Shown here piece after piece: positions 13,000 through 26,000 of a stretch of 64,000 bases of DNA (the stretch's first letter is position 1; every line of letters begins with the position of its first letter). The translations under genes were made by a program, and so were the position numbers. The notes under the pieces were generated by a model, which saw nothing but the letters and a program-made list of their open reading frames with translations, had not been told where the DNA came from and made no database searches. Origin of the DNA: Takakia lepidozioides (lineage: Eukaryota; Plantae; Bryophyta); contig CM060733.1 of assembly GCA_030704615.1 (NCBI GenBank), positions 34,472,001 to 34,536,000 of the forward strand, read 5' to 3'.

Positions 13000-15900
13000 C
13001 TCCGGCCAAAGCCGGCGTAACTAAGAGCCACTTCACCTTGCAGCTACTGCCCCTTTCAAGGATGATCTCTTTACATAAAAATTGTAGGCTGAACATCAAA
13101 TGTGTTGTGGGCTCTTTGTCTTGATCTAGTGTTTAGATAGAATATAGAAGGTCACAAGCTAATAGCTAGAGAGATGACCAGCACATAACCAAGATGACAT
13201 ACACACTGTGTGATGAGTAATTACATCTCACACCATTGGTATTCTGTGATGAAGCTGGGCAATTGCCTCTTTCAAACAATGTCTCGTGGCGAGGGACATC
13301 AGCTTTGACTGATGGTCAAGACACAAAAGGAGCTACAACTGCTAATCTTACAGGGGGCTATTACGATGCTGGTGACAACATTAAGTTTGGCTTTCCAGGA
13401 GCTTATGCTATTACTATATTGAGCTGGAGTGTGATTGAGTATTCGGAGAAATTTCAGGCAGCTGGAGAGCTGGAACATGTCATGGAAATTATTCAGTGGG
13501 GAACCGACTACATCATGAAAACATTCAATTCTTCTAATGTACAACAAGTTTTTGCACAAGTATCCATTTTACCATCTCAAGAAGCTACTTTAAGTTATAA
13601 TTATTTTATTTTATTTTGTTCAATTGTGATTCCTAGTACTAGATTCAAATTGTTGTTAGTTGATAGTTAAATTACTGATATATTTGACCATGACCATGAC
13701 CATGACTTCAAATTTATTATAGTTGATAGGTGATTCCTCTTTATGGTGATAAGACAACCTGATGCAAGCTTGCGTCTTTCCATTTCTCGGTTGGTTCACC
13801 TCCATTAATATCCTTTTAAGGATAGCCAAAAGCAAGTATACTAAGAATTTAATCAAGAAGTGTTGGACTGACATGTTGAGTTATGCAGGTGGGAACAGGG
13901 AATACCTCAATCCCCAATGATCATTATTGTTGGGAGAGACCTGAAGATATGGATTATCCCCGTCCAGCCCTGGCCGTATCAACAGGCTCCGACTTAGCTG
14001 GAGAGATGGCTGCAGCACTAGCATCTGCTTCCATAGTATTTAAACATAGAGCAGCCTATGCATACAAATTGATAACTGGAGCTAAAGCCCTTTACAAATT
14101 TGCAAGGGATCAACAAGGTTTCTACACTTCTGGTCTACCTGCTTCAGAGCAAAAATTCTACAACTCCACATGTTATTTTGATGAGTACCTTTGGGGGGGA
14201 GCCTGGCTATTCTACGCCACAGGAAATGCAACTTATCTCAGTCTTGTCACCACACAAGGCACAGAAGACTTTTCCATTGCCCAGAGAAATGGCATGTTTG
14301 GTGTTTTTGACTGGGACAACAAGCTTGTCGGTGCACAGGTACGCACAACCTCACAAAATACCATGACTTATTCCCACTGCACTTGCTAGATTGTCCTCTT
14401 TCTTTAGTGCACAAGGTCTTCGTGCCCATATGGTGCTAAAGTTATAACTGCCTTGCAGTTACTTTTGACAAGACTGCGGATTCTACAAGGACCAGGTTAT
14501 CCATACGAAGAGGTGTTGAAGCAATACAATCATCAGACAAACTTGGTCATGTGCTCGTATCTCCCTTTCTTTAACACATTTAACCATACAAAAGGTTTTT
14601 TTTTTTTCTCTCTCTCTTTCATTTTCAATTATTTTTGTTCTTTTCTTTGGGCCCTTTAGGTTGCCCGTGGACATAATAAACGTCTTTCTTTGTCTCTCTT
14701 GACTCACATTTAATCTTGAAAATTGTGTCATGGATTTCATGGTTTACAAATCAGGTTTTATTTGACCTTGTTTCTTCGTGCTACCAAAGGCTTTGTTTCC
14801 ATCATCTAAGTGTCCACATTTGTGGATGGTAAGAGCCATATGTGGCTTTCACAAAATATTGAGATTTCCTTGTTTCATGCCAGGGGGGCTAAAGTTGTTC
14901 AATCAAAGACAACCTCAGCCGTTACAATACGTTGTGAATGCTGCATTTTTGGCAGCATTATATGCCGATTATATGGAAGCAGCCGACATTCCAGGTTGGG
15001 AGTGTGGCCCCAATTTTTACTTGACAAACACCTTGCGTAAATTTTCCCAATCCCAGGTTGGGATCTCCTATCTCTCTTCTTTGTACTTCTATTGCTGAAT
15101 ATGAGATTAAGACCCTTTTGGACTAGAGCTAGCTAATTAGGAATTTTCTTGGAATGCCATGATATCCCAGACTATGGTTATAAACAACCTTCAAAGTTGG
15201 GCAAGTGTTTAGTGCAATCGTAGAGGCCATTATAACTAGAGATACTAAAATCATTATTTTGTATGAAATCTTGCTTTCAAATTACCAATAGATCGAGCGA
15301 ATCGATTATGTTGTTGATCTCCAATGTGTTCTAATTTGAAATTGGAGATTAGACAACCCCTTCTCTCCTACTATATGTGGTTGGTCAAGATTAACTAAAT
15401 ATTTAGTTTGCTCCATTGTTGTTAGGAAACTGCCATTCATGCACCAGAAGGGAAAGATTAGTCTTATGGTTTTAACACAAATAGTCATCCACATATAGTT
15501 TTGTCCCTTATTTGCTAAGCATGGGCGAGTTGTGGTCTATTATTTGAGTGTGCATCTAATGTTTATCTAGTTGCCACATCTTATTTATGCACTTGATTGT
15601 CAAAATACACATCATTGTCGAACTCTCTATCTTATGATGGGACCTCTTCATGGCAGAAATTAAAAAAGAAGTTGATATCAAATGTCCACTTATCATACAT
15701 GAATCTGTTTTGGTGTTGAATACATAGTGTGGAGATTCTAACACGTGGTAGTGCTTAAATATTGGATTAGCTATAGTATATGTTGTGTTTATCAATTGAA
15801 CCAATGCATGAATTTGAAAACAAAGAGTGCCAAGGTTGATGGGTTGCAGTCAATTGTCGCTGCAGGTTGACTACGTGCTTGGCAACAACCCATTGAACAT

Positions 15901-16267
15901 GAGTTATGTTGTGGGTTTTGGTAACAAATATCCTCAACAAGTGCATCACCGAGGTGCCTCCATTCCAAATAATGGAATTCGATATGGCTGTACATCAAGC
16001 TTTCAATGGAGGGACAATAATACACCAAACCCACATGTGATCGAGGGTGCTATGGTTGGCGGACCAGATATACATGACAAGTATAGAGATATCCGCAACA
16101 ACTCCAATCAAGGGGAGCCAACACTTGCTGGCAATGCAGGGCTCGTCGGGGCTCTCATTGCTCTATCCACCGTGACATCCATTGGTGTGGACACCAACAC
16201 CATCTTTTCCCAAATTCCTTCTGTTTTTCCATCTCCACCCCCCCCTCCAGCCCCTTGGTCACCATAA
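12422..16267 (+). CDS. KOR1: Membrane-anchored GH9 endo-1,4-beta-glucanase, KORRIGAN-like (GH9A); 6 exons: 12422-12782, 13255-13559, 13889-14338, 14459-14594, 14884-15056, 15866-16267
   Basis: N-terminal WGGPLE and [12 protein letters not shown] helix, [60 protein letters not shown] and a Pro-rich C-terminus; GT-AG junctions in phase. Confidence 0.95.
12947..12996. repeat. (TA)n/(AG)n compound microsatellite in GH9 intron 1
   Basis: Read directly from the sequence. Confidence 0.95.
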
Positions 16268-16769
16268 ACATTTGTAAACGTCTAAAGTTGTACCCCAAGT
16301 GTGATATTGGCTGAAGGGTGTTGCATGTTTCTTTGCTAATGTTGTGGAGATCGCTAAGGCTAATGAGACTACACACAGTTTCATTTAACACTGCAAGCTG
16401 ATGTGGATGAATCACATTTTTTTTTTCTGAAGGCACATGCAACAAGATGCTTACGAAGGCATTCAACAAATCTTTTGTGATCAAGTGTACTATTGAAAAA
16501 TGAACAATATGTGTAGTCAGTATTGTCTACACACAAGCATATACTAGGCTCAATTCATCACACATTTTGGTTACTGAGATTCTATTCAAGAGATGTTTGC
16601 AGAATGTTTTAGCATAAAAGATGATATGTGGAATGTAATGCTTGGATCAAAGGCTTCAATCGATTTCATTTTTAAGGCATAGATGCTGCTTGCAACACTG
16701 TGTATAGCTATCAAGTTATTTCACCACTAGTGTGAAACTAGATAGGAAATAGCTAGCTTTTACATATTG

Positions 16770-18525
16770 ACATTTGGGATTGGTCCAAGTGTCAATCCAG
16801 GGGTCAAGGCAGATTTAGGCCTTGGAGTGGTTATCTTTGTGCAGCAAGTGCGAGAGGCTCATCTTTCTTGAGTTGAGCCTCATCGCGCCTAGCTATGGCG
16901 CCGCAGTGTGGATTCCCCATGGCGTGGGTGCACTTGGCTTGACTTGTATTTGAGTGATGAGTTTATATATGCATGAGTTTATGCTTCAGCTTTGTGAGCT
17001 CGCATGAGCTTGTGCTTGTATTCTTCTTCTTTATCACTCGAGAAAGATGAGCTCGTATTTGTGAGTGCCAAATACGAGTTAATTGTAGCACTTGTGGTTT
17101 TCGCTTGAGAATGAGAAACCAGGTTGTTATGCAAGGAGCATCGTGGAGCTCCTTGGTTGTTAGGAGTGGAGGCGATATGGGTTACGAGGTGGTAGACCTT
17201 GGCATTCAATCTTCAGCTTCAGAGATGAAAGCACCATGCTGCAGGTAATTCCATAGCACCTTGATGGTTTCAGATTGTATACATGCATAAGCAAGCACGA
17301 TTGCGAAGATGATCAGTCAAGAGCAGGTTATAGTGGCTTTGGCGGCGAATCTGAGAACTGGCCTTGGGAAGACGAGCTTTCATGGTGCGGAAGAGTAAAA
17401 GATCAAGCGAGAGGGCTGATTTGGCTTTGGGGCAAATCGGTGCACTTGGTGAAGTATGTTGAGATTGGGTTTCAATCTCGAGCTTCAGCATTGAGAGGGC
17501 TCTTTGCCATGGCAAGAGCAGGGCTGGAACAGGAGCTAAGAGGTGCGGCAAGGTCATGGAATGTGCACCTAGGGTTTCAGAGCTTGGAATAAGAGCTCTT
17601 GCACCACAAGAGGAGTGTCTTGTGGCTGGAAATGTAAGCCTTAGGGTTTCAGGAGCTTGGCAAAGGCTTTGGAGTGCTTAGTCTTGTCTTAGAGAGCATC
17701 AAGGAGCCAAGGAGCCAAGATATGGGGCTGATATGACCTCTTGTGTGAAGGGGATGCATGTGTAGAGCATGCATTCAGCCCATTGAAGCTTCCATCTTCA
17801 AGCTTGGAGGACAAGCAAGGAAGAGAGAAGGGCTGACTTCCCTTATGTGAGGGCAATGCATGTGTGGAGCATGCTTTCAGCCTGTTGAAGGCTTGTACTT
17901 CCAGGTTTGGGAGTGCAAGAAAGGAAGGAAGGGGCTGGTTTCCCTATAGGGCATGTGTGGAGCATGCTTTCAGCTCGCTGAAGCTTGTATTTTCAGGTTG
18001 GTGGGTGCAAGAAAGGAAGCAAAGGGGCTGATTCTCTTGTGGTGAGAGTAGGGCATGTGTGGAGCATGTCTTCAGTCCATTAAGGCTTTTGTTTTCAAGC
18101 TTTAGAGAGCTAGAAGGGAAGCTAAGGGGCTGATCTGCTCTTATGTGACAGTCTAGCACTTGTAGAGCATGTTTTGAGTTGGGGTTTCAACTTCAAGCCT
18201 AGATAGAGCACGACTCTGGAAGCAGCATGTGCAGGGGCTGGATTAGGTGCGAAGGAGCATGCTATGGTCAAGGAAAAAGCGTGAATGAGTGCCTACAAGG
18301 GTTGTAAGTCAGCCATGTTTGGCTAGTCGCCATAGGGATCAATGGCGCTGTTTTGGGAGTTAAAAGGAAGCTTGTGTACTTAGTTTTGGTTGCAAGCACC
18401 TTCTTTTGGAATTAGAGCTACTATTTGTGGTGTGTGGGGGCTGAAGAGAGCAATAATACCTTGCTGGTTTCCTCACAGCCGCCATAGCTCATTGTAAGAG
18501 AGCTCAAAGGTCAAGAGACACAAAC
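16770..18525 (+). mobile_element. LTR-like/non-coding retroelement remnant with degenerate ~100-bp tandem repeats
   Basis: Blocks GTTGAGCCTC, GTGGATTCCC and CTTGGCTTGACTT are shared with the LTR at 4675-5215; GCATGTGTGGAGCATG-like units recur at ~17757, 17858, 17951, 18053 and 18158. Confidence 0.5.
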
Positions 18526-18526
18526 C

Positions 18527-19020
18527 CTAGTAATATCTTGTTGGTAGATTCAGCTTGACCATTTCCTTGGGGATAGTAAGCAGTACTCTTGTGATGTACG
18601 ATCATGAACTCCTCCGTCAAGCATTTTATGGCATCATTTATAAAATGTGATCCTTGATCACTGACGAATTCCAGTGGGCAACCAAATCGTGTGATGATGT
18701 TTTCATATAAGAATTTGGCTGTCGACCTGGCAGTGTTGTCTCTTAGTGCCTTGGCCTCTACCCATTTGGTAGTGTAGTTAGTGGCGTTGAGGATGTATTG
18801 GTTCTGTGTGTACCTTGCTGGAGGTTTAATGGGCCCCACGAAGTCTACTCCCCAGCGCTGGAATGGTTTTGTTGGTAGTATTGGGTGCATAGCACCCTTC
18901 CCAGTTCGTTCTACTGGTCCCATCCTCTGGAAAACATCACACTGTTGACAGTGTTCATAACTGTCTCCAAATACAGTAGGCCACCAATAACCTGCTAATA
19001 ATATCTTCTTTGCTGTCAGG
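18527..19020 (-). pseudogene. Ty3/gypsy integrase fragment (Athila/Tat-type)
   Basis: [59 protein letters not shown]. Confidence 0.88.
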
Positions 19021-20269
19021 TCCGAACACCTTATCATTGCGGCTAAACTTGCTTGGGCAAAAGTTTGTGCAGGCATCGCCAAGACCCCTGAGCGCCAACC
19101 TGCACTCATCGCCAGATTCCAGGACACTTGGGCAAGAGGAGGAATCATTTGCTATTGTGAAGGTCCAGACTCCTGCGAATGTCTAGGGGATATCCCTCCA
19201 ATGGCAACGGCACTCCCTCCTCTTCCGTTTCCCCTGAGTTTGATAAATCGGATGTCAATTGGAAGCATGTTAAGGCTTCCACGAGGACCAACCTCTTCTA
19301 CAGATAGATCTCTTAGCTCATTGGCTCTAGTCCGTTTTTGTATCTCCAATTATCAGCCTCTTGATCCCTCCTCAATCATCTTCATAGATTAGATTGCTCT
19401 TCGGATCTGTTATTGCAGGGCTCAAAAGCTCTGCGTTTGTAGCCAGCCCTCCAGCCATGGATCGGGTGGGTCGGTTCATTGAACACATATAAACCACATG
19501 GTTTATGGTTTATCCATATATGGATAAATGCGCCACTCCAACTATGTGAATCCAGTACCACCGAAGCAATCTGGACCCATCACAATCCAATTTATCTTGC
19601 ATTCAAACTTCCTAACCATGTAAGTTATAAATCCGTGAGATACAGAATGCGGGGAGAAGGTGGAGCTCCGCGATCTGCGGTGAGAGGACGCTACGACACC
19701 AGGTTCCTTCGGCGTCCATCTCCCCTCGTCTCTCTAACCTATGCCCTCCAGCGGAACCTAATCAGCCCCTTGATCATCTCCTGTCACTTTCAAGCACTTC
19801 CCTGTATCCAGGGCATCATTTTGAGATAACATGATCCGTCACCCCCTCTAGGACATTTCCCAGCAATTGCCATGTCCGCCTCTCTAACGAACAAAGGCAA
19901 ACTTGTTTATCCCTGGACATGGTCCCAATCCCCCACCTTAATGCACAACCGCCTTCATCCTGAAACCTCCCCCAAATACCCTTAGCCAAACCACCCCCAT
20001 CCAATCACCGCCTCCCTCTTGCCATCAAAATAATGAGTTCCAGCAGCCGCTGAATGCAGCCCCATACAGCCGCCACCTCCACTAAATTCCCCCTCGTGTG
20101 GACTCCCTAGCTTCTATCGCTGCTCCTCAGCTGATCAGCACAAGGGTCTCCACTGGCCTTCTTGCTCCTCTCTCGTCGCTACATTCCTAACCTGCTTCAT
20201 TGCTCCTCAGTCTTCTTCGATCTCGCCTGACCCTCTCATCATTTTATTCTGATCTAGCAGTTTTTCTCT

Positions 20270-22199
20270 ATGGCCCACCAGCTCAATAAATCCTTCGTGC
20301 CAGCCCCGACAAGGTCTGGCTTTGCTATTTACAATGACCCAAGGCTTCTCCACCCATCCACAGACACATGCTTTTTCATGGCTCACCAGGTCCAATCATT
20401 GGGCCTAATCCCTCAAGGACGCGCCCAGGCTCCTCGTCCCTCAAATCCCAGCTGGAGGCAAGAGTCTCCAACACCTCAGCCTCCAAACGCAAGCATTGCA
20501 GAAGGAAGCAATTCTGTCGTATCTCCTCAGGCTGCCCAGGATACTGATCTACTGGACGGGCCTCTAAGCGACACTGCAGCTCTGCAGATCATGTTGGCCA
20601 AAGAACACCCCCTGGTTGAAATCGAGATGAATCAGATCAAAACAAATGTGGCGCATATCGAGAGTAATGGGGTACTCCTGCACTTCCCTGGCAAGAAGGT
20701 GAGCAGATCCTCCGCGCTTGATTGAGCCATTAGACACCTTGGAGGACAAGAGACTTAGACCAACATTTTTGCCATCCCAGAGGGAGAGGTTTCTTCTCCA
20801 TTCTATTGGACTCTAAAGAAGCAGCGGAAAAGGCATTGTCATTCAATCCACATCTACATGGATTCAACGTCAACATCTTTCCTTGGTCAAAAAGTATGGG
20901 CAATATAAATGGTAAGATATGGAGCCCCCGCATTATCTCTCTTCCATATATTCCAGACCAATACTTATTCTGCTTGCTGGCGATTGGGAACTTTTTTGGG
21001 GCATTCCTGGGGTGTCTTGCGGTATTTGACCCAACGATGAAAACAATCTTGCTGAGGGAGGACCCAACATGGAGGAGGGCCACTATTGCATCAAGGCTTC
21101 ATGAGAATGGATTTGCAAAGATAGTGGTAATGATGCCAACAGATAAGATTCTGCCTGAATTTATCATGCTGCCAATGGATGAACAGGGGAACTACTTCTC
21201 AGTCAAAGTATCTGAAGACACCGCATCCTCAACCTGTTACCACTGTGGATTATCTGGTCATCTTAGATCAAATTTCCCCAAAGCAAAAAGAAAAAGAGAG
21301 AGCAATGTTCAAGAAAGGTCCAGGCATCCAGCCTCTACTTAATGTCCAACTCTAGCTGTGGACCCCCACCCTCAGCCAGTGCCAATGCTAGAGTGCCATC
21401 CAGCATCCTGAATTGCTCCCTCTTGGCCTAATCAGGGACCTGAGCTCCAAGCCTAGGACTCTGCAATCAAGCAAATCTCAAGCTCCCTTCCTACTAGAAA
21501 AAGAAAGGAGCTACCAGATCCTATGTTGCTTGAAGCTGCTACGGCTCCTATACCTGCAATCCAAGCAACCATGGGGACAACTGTCGGAGATAAACAGACT
21601 GCGGGCTTCAAAGGGAAGGCAGGCTCATCATCTTCCAACAATCTGCTAGAGCAAGTCCCGCCACCTGCTCCTCTGCCAATGTCAGCATTGATAGCCTGGG
21701 AAGTGGAAATGGCAAAAACAAAAGGTATCCATGCAACCTCCGGTAACATCCTCCACAAGCTGCCAGTCTAGCAGACTCCCCGCCAAGTAATGCGTCACTC
21801 CCCAATAGCGCACAACCCCATCACGACAAAGATCTGTGCAAAATTATGTTCTTTCCCCCAACTTTCCCTCAAAGGCTGTTCTCAACTAGCTTAAAAAATG
21901 GGCTCCTCATCTCAAGAGCCAGTGGCTACATGTATCACTCCAATGGTCTTCCGCAAGCAGCCCAGACCAGCGTTTCTGGTGACAAGCCGGGACAACATAA
22001 GTTTTGATTCTATTTGGATCTCAGTGAGAGATGTTCAATCCTTCATCTCCAAAAGTCCTATGGATAGCAGTCCTGTCCCAACACTATGCAACAAAATCAA
22101 CGATTACTTCCAAACCAACCTCCCGTTGTACTCCCTCCCCTCCACCACGGCGGTCACATGGGGGACGTACCCTGACGCATTCCCAGGCCTTCATCAAGG
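20270..22199 (+). mobile_element. L1-clade LINE, 5' part: ORF1 (DUF4283/RRM-like plus zinc knuckle) and degenerate start of the ORF2 endonuclease
   Basis: GRGFFSILLDSKEAAEKAL..NIFPW, CYHCGLSGHLRSN(F); ends ...VTW/RTLTHSQAFIK at the insertion site. Confidence 0.7.
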
Positions 22200-22350
22200 G
22201 GGGTGCTATTCCGTGAGCCCGGAGGCGTGAGCCTGTGAGCCCAGGAAAGCGTGAGCCCAGCACAGGCTCACGCCACGTCAGCATGCAAACAGTGCCTATT
22301 TCCGCGGATGTCACCTATTTCCGAGTGGTGTCACCTATTTCCGCGGGTTG
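22200..22350 (+). repeat. Left-end subterminal motifs of the element
   Basis: GTGAGCC x4 plus one inverted GGCTCAC, then CCTATTTCCG x3 at 19-20 bp spacing. Confidence 0.75.
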
Positions 22351-23093
22351 ATGTGGGTAGAATTGAGAATGCCTGAACAGTTTTTGATGAGGTGGACTTC
22401 ACCGTGATGGATTCACCAACCATTCTTCTAGCAGGAATAGTTTGGGGACCAACTAGCAAATGATGCGAGAATGCTCTACACGAACCAAAGTGGTTTGTTT
22501 GTTTTCGCAATGTACTTAAGTCTGTGATGTCCACAAAACACCAAATAGATTGAAGGAACAATCCAGGCAGTCCATGCAACCCCCATCTCCAACAATAGTT
22601 TGTAACCATGAATATAAATTCCACGCACACATTGCAAACAGGACAACAAGGACACACAACCATCCCATTTCAAATTTGGCCCAGAATTAAACCAAAAGAA
22701 AACTTCATATCAAGTGTCGCAGTCATCACAATCAGTGTCCACCTCCTGTGCTATGTCATCTACAAAGATTCTGGCCCCAACACCACGTGTTCTACGAAGG
22801 CCGTCGTAAGGTGGACTCGGAGTCCCATGAACGGACATGCTTGCTGCGAGTGCCTCCGCATAGACAGATAGCACGCAAGACCGAGGAGGACTGCAAACAA
22901 GTCCAAATAGGTGTGATAGCCCTGGAGGGCAAGTGGAAGCACGCGGACTCCTGCACATGTCCACAAAACCCCATTTTTAACACAATGATGCAATGCACAA
23001 GTCCAACAAAGAGGATGTCTCCCATGTGCACTTTGCCTCAAGAACAGCGATTCTCGATATTGAAACAACAATGCAAGCATGCAAAGGTTGAAC

Positions 23094-26000
23094 TTACTCA
23101 CAGGCAAAGTCGGAGTCCAGCTCCTTGTCAGAAGTCTCCTCTGTATCAGTATCAACGGGACGGGGCTTCGGAAGGACTTGAGAAGTGTGTCCACCCAAAC
23201 CCATCAGGAGGTTCTTGTAAATCTCAGCATCCCCTTCAATCCCAAAGAGATGTCGCGCACTGGCCTTGCAAGCGTGGTAAGAAGCACCTGCAGTGGAATA
23301 GAATGAATGAAGAAGACATTGAAGACACATTCGGAATGGTGGGAAGTGCTGAAAGTGCAAGCCCAATCAAACCTCATGAAATGTGAATGTTGAAGAGACG
23401 AACCTGTGCCCATCGACAAATCCAGAACTCTGGCGTCTGTGTAGGTGCAGCACTCCACAATCGTTTGAATGAAAGCCGGGCTCCTCTCCCTCGCCCCTCT
23501 CCAAGGAACCCCATTCCCCCTTCGCAAGCACAGGTTGCTGTCGACGTAGTTGTGATGCATGTCATCCGTGGGGGGATCTGTCCTGTCATCTATGAACTTG
23601 GCCCCATGAGTGATGGCAAACTCGGTAATGCCGGCCGGAGTCGTTTGTGGATGCACCCGGACAAGACAAACAGCTTCAAACAGACGAGTCTGCGAACATG
23701 ACATCCACAAGGAACTAAGAAGCAAAAAAAAATCGGGCCCCTACATATGAGTTCGAGCGACCTATACAACCCCATCCGAGAACAACCAAGAAGAGGAAGA
23801 AGAAGGCAAACTCACCATCTCTCCCGGATGATCCCCCTTCGTAAGGTACATGCTGTTCACACAATTCCATGTCTTCACGACTCTCATGCCCGAGGCTTTC
23901 AAATAGCTGGAAAGTGCACGGCGACACCGACCGTTGATGGACTGGATGAGCACCCAAACACCTGCATCGGACAGGAAGAAGTTGCAAAAGGAGAAAACCC
24001 ACCGCCAGTAGCGCTCATCAAAAGCATTCCAACCCGGACAAGCACCCGATGGAGGGATATCCGGACTGCCAACCCATCAGGGATGTCCAAGATGATGAGT
24101 TCGGCTGCATATGGCTTCTCCTTCCCGTTCACCCAGGATTTGGTCATTTTAGCCTGCAAACAAAAATACAATGGTATTCTCTTAAGTTTAGAAACGATCC
24201 ATGCCCACAGCAGACAAAAACAACAGAAGCCACAGAACCCAAAGAGAACACGCACCGTGCTGAGGAACTGCACAATCCTGTCCCACACTGGTGATGGCTC
24301 GCCCTTGTAATCAGATTTCTTCGACTCCATCATGGCAAGGAACCCGACGTTGGCCATCTCCTACCTGGTTGGGCGAATGACCCTCGTGGGATGTTCCACT
24401 GCATGGTACGGGTCCTTGGGATCAACCACCCCCTTGTTTTTTCTCCCGGATCCCCTACCATGCGGTGGAGTCTGCTGGACATGCTCCACAGGGCCAATAT
24501 CTGCAACACTTCCCTGCCCTTGTGCCACCTTCCCTCTACCCCTTCCCTTCCCCACAACACCAACAATTCTTTTCCCTTTGCCTTTCTTCCTCTACCTGGG
24601 GTATCGTGAGCGAGAGGCTCCTTCTCTGCAAGAGTCCTCAAATTTCGTTCATGAATGTCGAGGTCGGCTGCTGCGGCAGTGGCTGCAATACGGTCATTCT
24701 CTCTCCTCAAAGACACCTCTGGAGCTGGGGTCTCAGAAGGAGGGCAATCCAAATACCAACCACAAGAAGAAAGATGGTCTGGGCCCCAGTCATGCAAGAT
24801 CCCAATAGTAAACATGGTCTGGTTGCCAGCAGGGACAAGCCACAGGTCCACGAAATCTGGATGTTTGTCCAGGCAATTCTCTTCCAGGAGAACAAACTTT
24901 ATGTACCTGCAGCAACAGAGACAGCCTCATTTTACAATGGAAATATTGTGTGGCAACTTTTCCATCACACCAGGAAGACCCTCTTCAACAGTATGCCACA
25001 CAACACATTGCAACCACAACACAAATAAGTAGTGCAAGAGTGTGCACCTGTAAAGGCATCGTTTCCAGGCTTCCTCTCTTTTTTCTTGCTGGTCCAGCTC
25101 ATTTGTTCGACTGATGCCACCCTCCTTGCTGAACTCTCTAAAGAAACAAGAGTGCCACACTGTGGCTCTCCATTTCCTCATGTATGCTTCGAAGGACACC
25201 TTCGGTGCTATCATACTGATGCCATAGTCAGCCAGCTGAGTATGCAGAACCGATCTGGCCCTTTCTTCCAACTGCAAAACAATACAAATGCAAGAATGAA
25301 CCCAAAAGCAATCACAGCGAATGTAAGAGGCAATAGAAAGATAAGGACAGGAAAAGAGAAAAGACAGTGACACAGGGAAGGACATCACACCTGGCTCCAG
25401 TAAGTGGCCTTGTGAAGCCAGGTGTCCAGCACATTGTCACTGACAGGAATGACACGCTGGGTCTTCTTCTCTTTCTCCGGCCTTGGGAACATGTGGGTAT
25501 CCCTAACTGTGGGATCGGAGTTCCATATCTGCAACCACTTCACCTTTTGTTCTGGAGACACAACGGCGGTAGACAACCTGTGCAACTTCTCCTGGGCCAT
25601 TTCTGGCTTGCCTGGCTTGTTATAATGGTTTTTTTTTATCTCCAGGAGAAACTGCGGTCCGAATGATGGGTCGGCAATTCTCAACTGCTTCACGAAAGCA
25701 CTCATTATAGTCCTTCTTGTAGCGGTCATCTCTTTCTGGATGCGACTCTCAACCCCCTTTGCTGTCCTTCTCTCCTCAGGGGTAGAGCTGTAGTATTCCA
25801 GTTTGCCACGCTCCCCTGCATCTGCAATGTCTTGCTGCAAGGAATGCAAGAGAGTTGCATCAGCACAAGGTCAAGGGAAACAAACTGAAACAAACATGTG
25901 GAATATGGAAGACCAGATGAAGGAAGATGTATCTCACCGTGTACATGTACTCCATGAAAGCCTCACGGGTCAACGAGTACGTCTTGGAGCTTTCGCACTT

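Noticed and set aside
19021-19200. N-terminal extension of the integrase ORF 18504-19148
   Set aside because: Not integrase-like; it lies past a junction, and the plus strand looks more like a LINE ORF2 C-terminus, too weak to call.
22331-23090. A third gene in the Mutator-like element
   Set aside because: Short overlapping ORFs on both strands with no motif or consistent splice model I can support.
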